Below are positions 7,686 through 15,623 of a DNA stretch of 20,412 nucleotides, one piece after another; position 1 is the stretch's first letter; each line of letters begins with the position of its first letter. The notes beneath the pieces were generated by a model. The model was not told the DNA's origin and did no database searches. It saw nothing but the letters and a program-made list of their open reading frames with translations. The translations under genes and the position numbers were made by a program. Source of the DNA: Thermoproteota archaeon (lineage in GTDB: Archaea > Korarchaeota > JAOZGF01 > JAOZFZ01); assembly GCA_027492035.1 (NCBI GenBank), contig JAOZFT010000022.1, positions 1 through 20,412 of the forward strand, in the 5' to 3' direction.

Positions 7686-7967
7686 AAAGTTCTCGTTGCT
7701 CCTTTTCAGAGGGTTCCATCCGGAAAGGAAACATGCAAGAGGGCATGCACATTACCTCTATGTAGCGTTGCTGTGTTTTGTATTTATTTAATAGGTATTC
7801 AATTGTTTTATTGTCTTTAAATACTTCTTTTTTAATACTTTATTAACTGTGACACCACCTGTAGGTATATCGAAGCTTTGAACCATCTTTATAAATCCCT
7901 TTCACCGCTGATATTGGGAGGGATAGTGGTAAAGTTATAAAGAAGAAAGCTGTTTTCTCAGGTCTTT

Positions 7968-8390
7968 TTATAGTTGAGAGATGCTTACTATGTGTTTTCT
8001 ATATTTCTCCCCTAAGGTTTGAGTTAATTTTTGATCTGCAGTGTAGAGCACGGTTTTCAGTTTAAGCGCTAGGGCTAAGTATGATGCGTCATATATAGTT
8101 ACATTTCTTTCTACTCCTATTTCAACAGTTTTTTCAGCCAGATCCCCTATTAAAGGGTAAAATAATATCCCGTAGCTTGAAAGTGACGCGGCGGCTGCTT
8201 TAAGTTCTTCTAAACTAAATAATTTACTATATTTAAGGGCGTTAAGGACTTCAAATGGAAGCAGCTCAGGTGCAACTATGTTTATTTCCCTGTTTACATG
8301 CATATCCCTCAGTTTGTTGGCTTTATCTGAATATTTCTCTTTAATAAACCACTTCGCAATTACACTGGCGTCACTGACCACGTTCTCCAT
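7968..8390 (-). CDS. vapC: VapC PIN-domain toxin (type II TA)
   Basis: VVSDASVIAKWF...E, PELLPFEVLNAL, TIYDASYLALA and LYTADQKL contain the conserved PIN acidic residues. Overlaps the upstream antitoxin gene by 20 nt. Confidence 0.93.
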   Translation of the reverse strand: MENVVSDASVIAKWFIKEKYSDKANKLRDMHVNREINIVAPELLPFEVLNALKYSKLFSLEELKAAAASLSSYGILFYPLIGDLAEKTVEIGVERNVTIYDASYLALALKLKTVLYTADQKLTQTLGEKYRKHIVSISQL

Positions 8391-8616
8391 AGCGACTTTC
8401 CCTCCAGTGTCTTATTAAGTCAGTGCTGTTCCACCCTTTAGGGGCTGTTTTCCTAATTTTTTCGTTGAGTAACACTGCTTTGGCGAGGTTTCTCCCTTTC
8501 TCTTCCTCTATTACCCTTAAAACAGCGCTTCTAATGACCTCGCTCCAATTTATATGTTTAAGTTTCTCCATCTGCCTTTTAACATCTTCCTCTACTCTAA
8601 CACTTATTACAGGCAT
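8371..8616 (-). CDS. vapB: VapB-type ribbon-helix-helix antitoxin
   Basis: MPVISVRVEEDVKRQMEKLKHINWSEVIRSAV is an RHH pattern; C-terminal STDLIRHWRESR is typical of archaeal VapB; directly upstream of and overlapping vapC. Confidence 0.88.
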   Translation of the reverse strand: MPVISVRVEEDVKRQMEKLKHINWSEVIRSAVLRVIEEEKGRNLAKAVLLNEKIRKTAPKGWNSTDLIRHWRESRYGERGQ

Positions 8617-8627
8617 ACATGTTACAC

Positions 8628-8654
8628 ATAAATATATTTATTAAAAATTTTCGC
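8628..8654 (-). promoter_or_regulatory. BRE-TATA promoter of vapBC (probably leaderless) with an overlapping 14-bp palindrome
   Basis: Minus strand reads GCGAAAA-TTTTTAAT, ending 24 nt before the vapB ATG. Perfect palindrome ATAAATATATTTAT at 8628-8641 overlaps the TATA end. Confidence 0.6.
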
Positions 8655-8825
8655 CTTAAAATTTAAAAACATGCCTCTATTCTTAGCCGAGATAACCATT
8701 TAAAGCGGTTACGTTATTAAGTAGATGCTTCAGTAGATTCTTTTAAGCAATCTTTTATTGGTAAGCAAGTAGGTATGTCTTCACTTCACTTTTAAATCAG
8801 TAGTTGTTCTATTATACCTTTAAAG

Positions 8826-9042
8826 GTGGTGTTGTGGAGGAAGATAGCTGATATAGGTGAGTTCATGTATTCCTGCGGGTTAGAAATCCTTCACCTTGGT
8901 GGTTTGGAAAGGGCAGGTAAGATGGTGGGAATGTGGGGTGTGGGGGAAGGTAAACACGTCTTAGATGTTGGAGTGAGGAGGGGGGGTCACAGCTTGTTAT
9001 CTAGCTGAGAAGTATGGATATAAGATGTTTAGAGTAGGCTAG
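8826..9042 (+). pseudogene. Class I SAM-dependent methyltransferase pseudogene (N-terminal remnant)
   Basis: EILHLGGLE...GKHVLDVG continues, after a frameshift in or near the G7 run at 8980-8986, as GVTACYLAEKYGYK. Together this fits the family pattern LHPGG...VLDVGxGxGxTACYLAxxYG. Stop at 9040-9042; the rest of the domain is not recognisable. Confidence 0.72.
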
Positions 9043-9374
9043 AGGGATTTACGGTGAAACCCATTGGTCTATAACTGTTGAAGATCTAATAAATCTGACT
9101 GAATTCTTTTTAACCCCTTTAAACTCCATTAATATTTTTCCAAGTTTTAAAGGGTATAAGTAGCTATGTTGAAAGTTGCCCATGCAAAAACTATTAATCA
9201 AAGGTCTCTACTCCTTAAATTATAGCAACATCTATTTTCTAAGTTTCTCTTCAAACATTTCTAGGTAAAGTATTATTTCCTTTCCTTTTCCGCCTAAAAA
9301 GGCTTGTGCTTTCTTTTTAAGTGTTTTTCCTAAACTTTCTTACTTTAACCTTTTTCAAAAGGTTTTTAATGAAG

Positions 9375-10703
9375 TTAAATGTATTCAAAAATGCTTATTT
9401 CTTTTTCAGAGTCTATTTCCATAATTTTTTTGAAAAGAGTTTTACTTCTTTCTTCACCTATGTTTCCTTCAACTAAACTAATGAACTTTTCCTTTAATTC
9501 ATTGATTGTTAAAGGGTTTTCAGGGTCTCCTTTAGGTTTATCAACAAATTCTTCCAAAACTTCCCCGCTTTCTTTCTCAATTCTTAGAAGTGAGGGCTGT
9601 TTAGGGAGTAGGTTGTTGAATTCTTCCCTAACTTTAACAATTACCTTGTCCCTAAGTTTAAGGACTTCTTTGTCTTTTAAAGAACTCCTTAAATCCTTAA
9701 CTGTAAATGACCCGTTCACAAGCGCCGCAGCTACACAGTGACTTAAACTGAACTTTGCTTCCTCTATTGTTACCGGTTTCCTTAACCCAGCCACTTCCAC
9801 CGCCTCCCTATATGTCTCTACTTCCACCTTCCTTACTTTATTCACTTCCACTTTTTTGTGCATTTTCAAAGCTGCTTCAATGGAGGAGTGGATGTGGCGG
9901 CATGAAGGGTAAGGCTTAATTGAAACATTTAAAATTTCCTTCGCCTCCAAGTTTTCAATTATTTTTTTGGGGGAAGCATTGGGAGCTAAACCAGCCATGA
10001 ATCCTTGGCTACCTTCAAAAATGGTTAATGGGGAAGCTATTCTTTTTAAACTCAACATTGACGCTAATGCCCCAAGCCATGAAGCATGTGCAGGTATTAA
10101 AGGCTTTAAAGATGAACCTGATTTAATGTACTCCCATAAACCTGAAGTTAAAACCCCTGCTATGCCAATGGCTTCAGCTGTTTCCTTTGAGTCGAGTTTT
10201 TGAATTTTTGAAGCTGAAGCAGCTGCTCCAAAAGATCCACAGGTGCCTGTTGTGTGCCATATTTTGTAATGTTCCTGTCCAGCTGCAACTGCAACTCTTA
10301 TGCATACTTCATACCCTGCAACAATTGCTTCTATGAGTTCTTTCCCGGATTTTTTCTGTTCTTCAGCTAAAGCTAAAGCTGCTGAGTTTACGACCGTGCC
10401 TGGATGTATTATTCCGCCCATGTGTACATCATCAAGTTCTGTTGAGTGAGATGAGAAAGAGTTTAGGAATGCTGCAGAAAGAGGGTTTGTTTTATTCCAT
10501 AAACCAATTAAGGTTGATTCTCCTTCTCCGCTAAATTTTTCAGTTAAGAATTTCATGTTTTTGTTTCTGGAACCATAAACTGCACATCCAATCCAGTCAA
10601 GTAAAAGTTCTTTAGTTTTCTTTTTTACTTGTGAAGATAAATTCTTGTAAGTGATGGATTCCACATGTTCCCCCAAAACTTCAGAAATCGTCTTCATTTC
10701 CAT
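9375..10703 (-). CDS. MmgE/PrpD family protein
   Basis: LLLDWIGCAVYG, AAFLNSFSSHSTELDDVH...HPG, AIVAGYEV, WHTTGTCG, KPYPSCRHIHS, EAKFSL and PKGDPENPLT..EL.EKF. Overlaps the citE-like gene end. Confidence 0.92.
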   Translation of the reverse strand: MEMKTISEVLGEHVESITYKNLSSQVKKKTKELLLDWIGCAVYGSRNKNMKFLTEKFSGEGESTLIGLWNKTNPLSAAFLNSFSSHSTELDDVHMGGIIHPGTVVNSAALALAEEQKKSGKELIEAIVAGYEVCIRVAVAAGQEHYKIWHTTGTCGSFGAAASASKIQKLDSKETAEAIGIAGVLTSGLWEYIKSGSSLKPLIPAHASWLGALASMLSLKRIASPLTIFEGSQGFMAGLAPNASPKKIIENLEAKEILNVSIKPYPSCRHIHSSIEAALKMHKKVEVNKVRKVEVETYREAVEVAGLRKPVTIEEAKFSLSHCVAAALVNGSFTVKDLRSSLKDKEVLKLRDKVIVKVREEFNNLLPKQPSLLRIEKESGEVLEEFVDKPKGDPENPLTINELKEKFISLVEGNIGEERSKTLFKKIMEIDSEKEISIFEYI

Positions 10704-11592
10704 TCTTCTCTTTCTCTTTAATTTGTTTCATTAACTCAATTACTTCTTTAGCTTGTTTATAATGTACTTCATCTATCATTCTACCTGCGTAAGTTGTTGC
10801 CCCTAACCCTCTAGACACTGCTTCCTCATAGGCTTTCACTATCCCTTTTGCTTCCTCGATTTCTTGTTTTGTTGGAGTGAAGACTTCATTTATTATTTTT
10901 ACATGCGAAGGGTGAATGGCGAATTTTCCTTTAAACCCTAATTTGGAAGCTATTTCGGATTCTTTCTTAACTCCCTCTTTATCAATTATTAACCCTAGAA
11001 AAGGAGAGTCAATAGCTAATTGGTTGTTGGCTCTTGCAGTGACTGAAATAGTTGATCTGGCATGTAAAAGCTCATATTGGTTACTGGATAACTTCACGTA
11101 ACTTTTTCCCATATCTCTCAAAAAATCAGCCGCTCCGAAAGAAATAGCTGTTACTCTTTCACTTGAGAAAGATATTTCTCTTAAATTAATTATTCCTTTT
11201 GCACTTTCAATTAAAGGGATTAGAAACACTTTCTTGTTTATTCCTCTCTTCTTTTCCAGTTTTTCAAGAACTTTAACTGTTTCTTTAACTTCTTCTTTTG
11301 ACTCTGTTTTAGGCAAAACTATTCCGTTAAGTCCTTTCTGGACAACAAACTCCAAGTCTTTCTGAAGTAAACCTGTTCCTGCACTGTTAACCCTTACAAT
11401 AATGTTTTGTTTCATTTTTTTGTTTTCCACCTCCTCCAAAAAATCTTTAATGAACCACCTAGCTGTTTCTTTTTCATCAATAGGTACTGAATCCTCTAAA
11501 TCAAGAACTACAGCGTCAGCTTCTTCTTTCATTGATTTTTTCATCATTCTCCAACTGTTAGCTGGAACGAAAAGAAGGGATCTGAGAATCAC
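10681..11592 (-). CDS. citE: CitE/HpcH-HpaI family CoA-ester lyase (citryl-/malyl-/citramalyl-CoA lyase-like)
   Basis: LRSLLFVPAN, ADAVVLDLEDSV, VRVN, LPK, LIESAKG, FGAADF, GFKGKFAIHPSH and GRMID. GTGA overlap with the upstream alpha-subunit stop. Exact substrate unknown. Confidence 0.9.
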   Translation of the reverse strand: MILRSLLFVPANSWRMMKKSMKEEADAVVLDLEDSVPIDEKETARWFIKDFLEEVENKKMKQNIIVRVNSAGTGLLQKDLEFVVQKGLNGIVLPKTESKEEVKETVKVLEKLEKKRGINKKVFLIPLIESAKGIINLREISFSSERVTAISFGAADFLRDMGKSYVKLSSNQYELLHARSTISVTARANNQLAIDSPFLGLIIDKEGVKKESEIASKLGFKGKFAIHPSHVKIINEVFTPTKQEIEEAKGIVKAYEEAVSRGLGATTYAGRMIDEVHYKQAKEVIELMKQIKEKEKNGNEDDF

Positions 11593-12491
11593 TTATTTCC
11601 ACCTAATACTTCAAGGAGGGTTGAAGGTATTTCTTTAGGTTTGTTGACAATTCTTACACCTGCCTCCTCCAAAGCCTCTATTTTGCTTTTAGCTGACCCT
11701 TTCCCACGTGTAACAATGGCACTTGCATGTGAAAACCTAACTCCACCAGGTAAAAATTTACCTGCTACATAAGCTACAACAGGTTTTTTGATGCCTTTCT
11801 TCTTAATTATTTCAGCTGCTTCTTCCTCTTGAACCCCACCTATTTCACCGAACAAAGCTACGGCTTTTGTTTCATTGTCTTTTTCAAACATTTCCAGAAG
11901 TTCAGCTTCAACTGTTCCAAGGACAGGTTCTGCACCTACATGTATAGCTGTTGAAACACCAAGTCCTGCTTTGCTTATGCTCCAAGAAATAGTTGTTGTT
12001 TGGCCTCCGCTTCTTGAAATAACCCCTATTTCTCCTGGTTTGAAGGCTTCTCTAGCTAATTCAATGGATCCCCCTATCCATCCAAGAACAGCTTTACATG
12101 GACTTATAACCCCGAATGAACCAGGTCCAATAATTTTCACTCCCATTCTTTTTGCTTTCGCAAGTATGTAGAGAACGTCATGTACGGGAACGTTTTCTGT
12201 CGGGATAAGTAACTCCTTAACTTTGTTCATTATGGCTTCAAGAGCAGCTTCCTTGACGTTTGAAGGAGGGACAAGAGTCACTGCTGCATCAACTTCTCCA
12301 TGTTTCTCAACAACTTCCTCTACACTGTTGTAAACAGGAACCCCCCAAACTTTCATTCCTCCTTTCCCAGGAGTTACGCCTGCAATAACTTTTGAACCAT
12401 ACTCAAGCATGTACCTGGTTGCAAATTCACCTGTTCTACCTGTTATTCCTTGAACAATTATTTTTGTTTCTTCATTTACAAGAATAGCCAC
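11589..12491 (-). CDS. sucD: Succinyl-CoA synthetase alpha-like subunit (divergent ADP-forming acid-CoA ligase)
   Basis: GTG start with AGGAGGAG RBS. IIVQGITGRTG, AGVTPGKGG, IIGPGSFG, SRSGG, GEIGG..EE and phospho-His loop RFSHASAI. Confidence 0.88.
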   Translation of the reverse strand: MAILVNEETKIIVQGITGRTGEFATRYMLEYGSKVIAGVTPGKGGMKVWGVPVYNSVEEVVEKHGEVDAAVTLVPPSNVKEAALEAIMNKVKELLIPTENVPVHDVLYILAKAKRMGVKIIGPGSFGVISPCKAVLGWIGGSIELAREAFKPGEIGVISRSGGQTTTISWSISKAGLGVSTAIHVGAEPVLGTVEAELLEMFEKDNETKAVALFGEIGGVQEEEAAEIIKKKGIKKPVVAYVAGKFLPGGVRFSHASAIVTRGKGSAKSKIEALEEAGVRIVNKPKEIPSTLLEVLGGNK

Positions 12492-12503
12492 TTTTCTCCT
12501 CCT

Positions 12504-12764
12504 TCACAACGGAACATTTATTTTGATTGCTTCTCCACCGCTCCATTTACAATGTATTTCACAGGCTAAACATTCATTGCAGAGTTTACTTGCTTTTTCA
12601 GGAGCAACAGCTAAGGCAGGTTTTGAATTAAATATTTTAAGGACGTTTCTGCCGTAAAGCCTGTCGGCTTTTACACATGCAAATTTACAGTTTGGAGCTA
12701 TGCATTTACTGTAATCAATAATTATTTCACATGTTCTTGTTTTGAAAACTAAAGAATTAGACAA
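12504..12764 (-). CDS. Small ferredoxin-like Fe-S protein
   Basis: TTG start with GAGGAGG RBS, overlapping the beta-subunit stop. IIIDYSKC-x4-C-x3-C-x3-D and CNECLACEIHC motifs. Confidence 0.75.
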   Translation of the reverse strand: MSNSLVFKTRTCEIIIDYSKCIAPNCKFACVKADRLYGRNVLKIFNSKPALAVAPEKASKLCNECLACEIHCKWSGGEAIKINVPL

Positions 12765-14004
12765 ACTTGTTCCTCCTCTCTCTTAAATATTCATCAATCA
12801 TTTTTTTCAATTTGTCCACTATAAAGTCTGTTTCGTAAATGTAATCCCTACCATAAAGTTTAAGTTTGATAGGGAGTTTTTGAAGCCCTTTCCTTATTAT
12901 TTCATGTGTTTCTTTTTCTTTGTTGCCAGCTATCAATATTAAAACAGGAAATCCTGGTTTATTCTTTAATGATTCATTTAACGCCTTCACTATTGCGTGA
13001 GCATGGTGCCATTGTTCTTGGCTTGCAATCACTGAACCTATTAAGGCGTAACCAATTATTCCTGGTTGGGAAAGAATTGTTTTAATAACTCTATAGATTT
13101 TAGATGCCGGAGGGTCTCCGCTTGTATCTGCGTAATTAGCTATTTTTAACCCTTTCTCTAAAAGAGCATCTGTTGCAAGCATCGCTCCTCCTCCACCTAT
13201 TCCGTGGAAGCCGACACATCCCTTTGTGTCCTTTGTTAACTGTATAAAGTACCCTGTCCCTCTTTTATCTATTTGTTCAAACCTCCATATTTTTTTCTCC
13301 AGCTCCGTTAACCCTCTGCCTATTTCTCTTCCAACCCCTATTTCTTTATGTTTAAAAAGGGAGTTGTCATCTATTGTTACTCTACAGTCTGCAGCTATAA
13401 CTTTTCTGTTAACTGTTTGAACTAAAGGGTTAATTTCTACAGTGGTTGCGTCATATTCCTTCGACAACTTGCAAATTTTTTCTGCGTAATCAATTATTTC
13501 CTTAACAGGTAAACCTTTGATTTTTGAAATTTTCCCTTCAAATTCTTCCTTTTTTAATCCATCCACAGGATCTATCACGGTCTTAATTATTCTTGAAGGT
13601 TCTTTCTCAGCTATTTCCTCTATGTCAACCCCTCCTTCGTCGTTGAAAATAAGGACTTGGCTTCTTACTTTAAAGGAGTCGTCAATCGTTACCCCTAAAT
13701 AAAACTCTCTTTTAATTTCAAGTTTCTTTTCAACCAAAATTTTACTTACTTTAAACCCTTTAACAGGGTTGCTGAAAATTTTTTCAGCTTCTTTTTCAAC
13801 TTTTAACTTGTTTTCAGCAAATTTTATGCCTCCAGCTTTAAATCTTCCTGTAACATGAACCTGAGCCTTTAAAACAACAGGAAAACCTATTTTGGAAGCT
13901 GATTCAACAGCTTCTTCAGGAGTTTCAGCCACTAAACCTACAGGAGTTTCTATGCCATATTTTGCAAGTAAATTTTTCCCTTGATATTCGAAAAGTTTAG
14001 CCAA
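12757..14004 (-). CDS. sucC: Succinyl-CoA synthetase beta-like ATP-grasp subunit (divergent, citryl-CoA synthetase/ACL-like C-domain)
   Basis: MAKLFEYQGKNLL, PVVLKAQV..GRFKAGGIK, EFYLG, GGVDIEE, EINPL, AADCRVTIDDNSLF. The substrate domain GIGGGGAML...ANYADTSGDPP is non-canonical. Confidence 0.87.
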   Translation of the reverse strand: MAKLFEYQGKNLLAKYGIETPVGLVAETPEEAVESASKIGFPVVLKAQVHVTGRFKAGGIKFAENKLKVEKEAEKIFSNPVKGFKVSKILVEKKLEIKREFYLGVTIDDSFKVRSQVLIFNDEGGVDIEEIAEKEPSRIIKTVIDPVDGLKKEEFEGKISKIKGLPVKEIIDYAEKICKLSKEYDATTVEINPLVQTVNRKVIAADCRVTIDDNSLFKHKEIGVGREIGRGLTELEKKIWRFEQIDKRGTGYFIQLTKDTKGCVGFHGIGGGGAMLATDALLEKGLKIANYADTSGDPPASKIYRVIKTILSQPGIIGYALIGSVIASQEQWHHAHAIVKALNESLKNKPGFPVLILIAGNKEKETHEIIRKGLQKLPIKLKLYGRDYIYETDFIVDKLKKMIDEYLRERRNKFV

Positions 14005-14031
14005 TTCTTCTTCTCCCCTGTATAAGAATTT

Positions 14032-15612
14032 TTAAGGGTTCTTTTTTAAAGATTCATAAACTAAAGACCCTATATCCTCAACTTTAATTTTCTCCTCAAC
14101 CCCCATAGTTTTCACAGCGTCACTTAACATTATTAAACAAAAGGGACAAGCTGTAGCCACCACGTCAACCCCTAACTTAATTGCTTCCTTTATTCTTTCC
14201 ATGGACGGTCTTTCACCGTGAGGAACAGATTCTTCAGACCAAAGCCTTCCTCCTCCTCCGCCGCAACAGAAACTGTTTTCTCTGTTCCTTTCCATTTCAA
14301 CAAATTCGGCTCCAGGTAAAGACTTAATTATTTTTCTAGGTTCCTCAAACACTTTATTTATTTTACCTAAGTAACATGGGTCATGGTAAGTAACTTTTAA
14401 CTTGTTTTCTTGTTGAGGAATTAACTCTCCTTTATCGATAAGTTCAGCTAAAACTTCAGTGTAATGTTTAACCTTTAACCCTAATCTTTTGTAGGGTTCC
14501 TTTTTCTTTAATGTGTCGTAGCAGTGGGGGGAAATAGTGACAACTTTTCTTAATCCACTGTTCTTTATTAAGTTGAAGTTGTGTTCAGCCAAGTACTCGT
14601 AAAGGCCTTTTTCACCTAGTTTCGAAGCAGAGTCTCCGCAACACCACTCCATGTTTTCGAAAGATGCAAGAGCCAATCCTCCTGCTCTAAGGGATTTAAC
14701 AATTTTTTCAGCTGCTTCTTTACATCTTTGGTCGTAACTTGCTGTGCAGCATGTGAAAAATAAATGGTTTTCTTCAGGGTTTAAAAACATGTCCTTTATA
14801 GGTTTTACACCTAACTCCATCAGGAACTTATTTCTTTCAGTTGAAGAGAAACCCCATGGGTTATAATTATTTCTTAAACTAAGTAACACTTTTATGATTG
14901 ATCTGGGAAGTTTCCCTTCCTCCGTTAAAAGTTTACGTATCTCTACAATTGACTCAGCTATTTCCACTTCTTTTGGGCAAGTTAAGTTGCAGGAACTGCA
15001 CTGTGTGCAAAGCCATGCATTCTCTTGGCAAATCACCAACCTCTCTTTTAAACCTTGATCTCTTGAATCAGCCATGAACCTGTAAAGGGTTGAGAGATGC
15101 GTAGGTCCTAAAAAGTTTTCATCTGGGGATGTAGGACATGCAGCAAAACATATTCCGCATTTAATGCAAAGTGAGTAACTCCAAATTCTTGAATGTTCAT
15201 TTACTGTTTGAGGAATTTCTTTTTCAAAAGTTGCTGGCTTCTTCCTTAACAAGAAAGGTTTCAAATTTTTGTATTTATTCATGAAAAAGGAGAAATCAAC
15301 AACTAAGTCCTTAATAAGTGGAAAGTTTGGTAAGGGTTCAATGATTATCTCTTTCTTCATCACATCTGCAACTTGGGTGCAGCATGCAAGCACTGGTTTA
15401 CCATTTACTTGAACTGCGCAACTTCCACAAATACCCATTCTGCAAGAAAACCTGTAAGAAAGGGTCCCATCCACTTTATCCTTTATGTAATTTAAAGCAT
15501 CTAAAACTGTCATACCCTTTTGAAGAGGAACATAGTAAATTAATTCCTTAAAAGTTTCCTTTTCAGGGTTAAATCTTTTTATTTTAAACCTAACAGTTTC
15601 CCTTTTCCCCAT
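14032..15612 (-). CDS. SdhB/FrdB Fe-S subunit fused to two CCG (HdrD/GlpC-type) domains, TfrB-like architecture
   Basis: Probable start ATG15612 (MGKRETVRFKIKRFNPE). [2Fe-2S] SCRMGICGSC...LAC; CIKCGICFAACP; CTQCSSCNLTCP; CCG domains WCCG, YHDPCYLG, FCCGGGGG and ATACPFC. Confidence 0.9.
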   Translation of the reverse strand: MGKRETVRFKIKRFNPEKETFKELIYYVPLQKGMTVLDALNYIKDKVDGTLSYRFSCRMGICGSCAVQVNGKPVLACCTQVADVMKKEIIIEPLPNFPLIKDLVVDFSFFMNKYKNLKPFLLRKKPATFEKEIPQTVNEHSRIWSYSLCIKCGICFAACPTSPDENFLGPTHLSTLYRFMADSRDQGLKERLVICQENAWLCTQCSSCNLTCPKEVEIAESIVEIRKLLTEEGKLPRSIIKVLLSLRNNYNPWGFSSTERNKFLMELGVKPIKDMFLNPEENHLFFTCCTASYDQRCKEAAEKIVKSLRAGGLALASFENMEWCCGDSASKLGEKGLYEYLAEHNFNLIKNSGLRKVVTISPHCYDTLKKKEPYKRLGLKVKHYTEVLAELIDKGELIPQQENKLKVTYHDPCYLGKINKVFEEPRKIIKSLPGAEFVEMERNRENSFCCGGGGGRLWSEESVPHGERPSMERIKEAIKLGVDVVATACPFCLIMLSDAVKTMGVEEKIKVEDIGSLVYESLKKNP

Positions 15613-15623
15613 TTTAGGTTCCT

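Noticed and set aside
7789-7887. 32-codon minus-strand ORF MVQSFDIPTGGVTVNKVLKKKYLKTIKQLNTY
   Set aside because: Too short, with no recognisable family; cannot be supported as a gene or as the missing antitoxin N-terminus.
8423-8644. Plus-strand 73-aa ORF
   Set aside because: Antisense to vapB.
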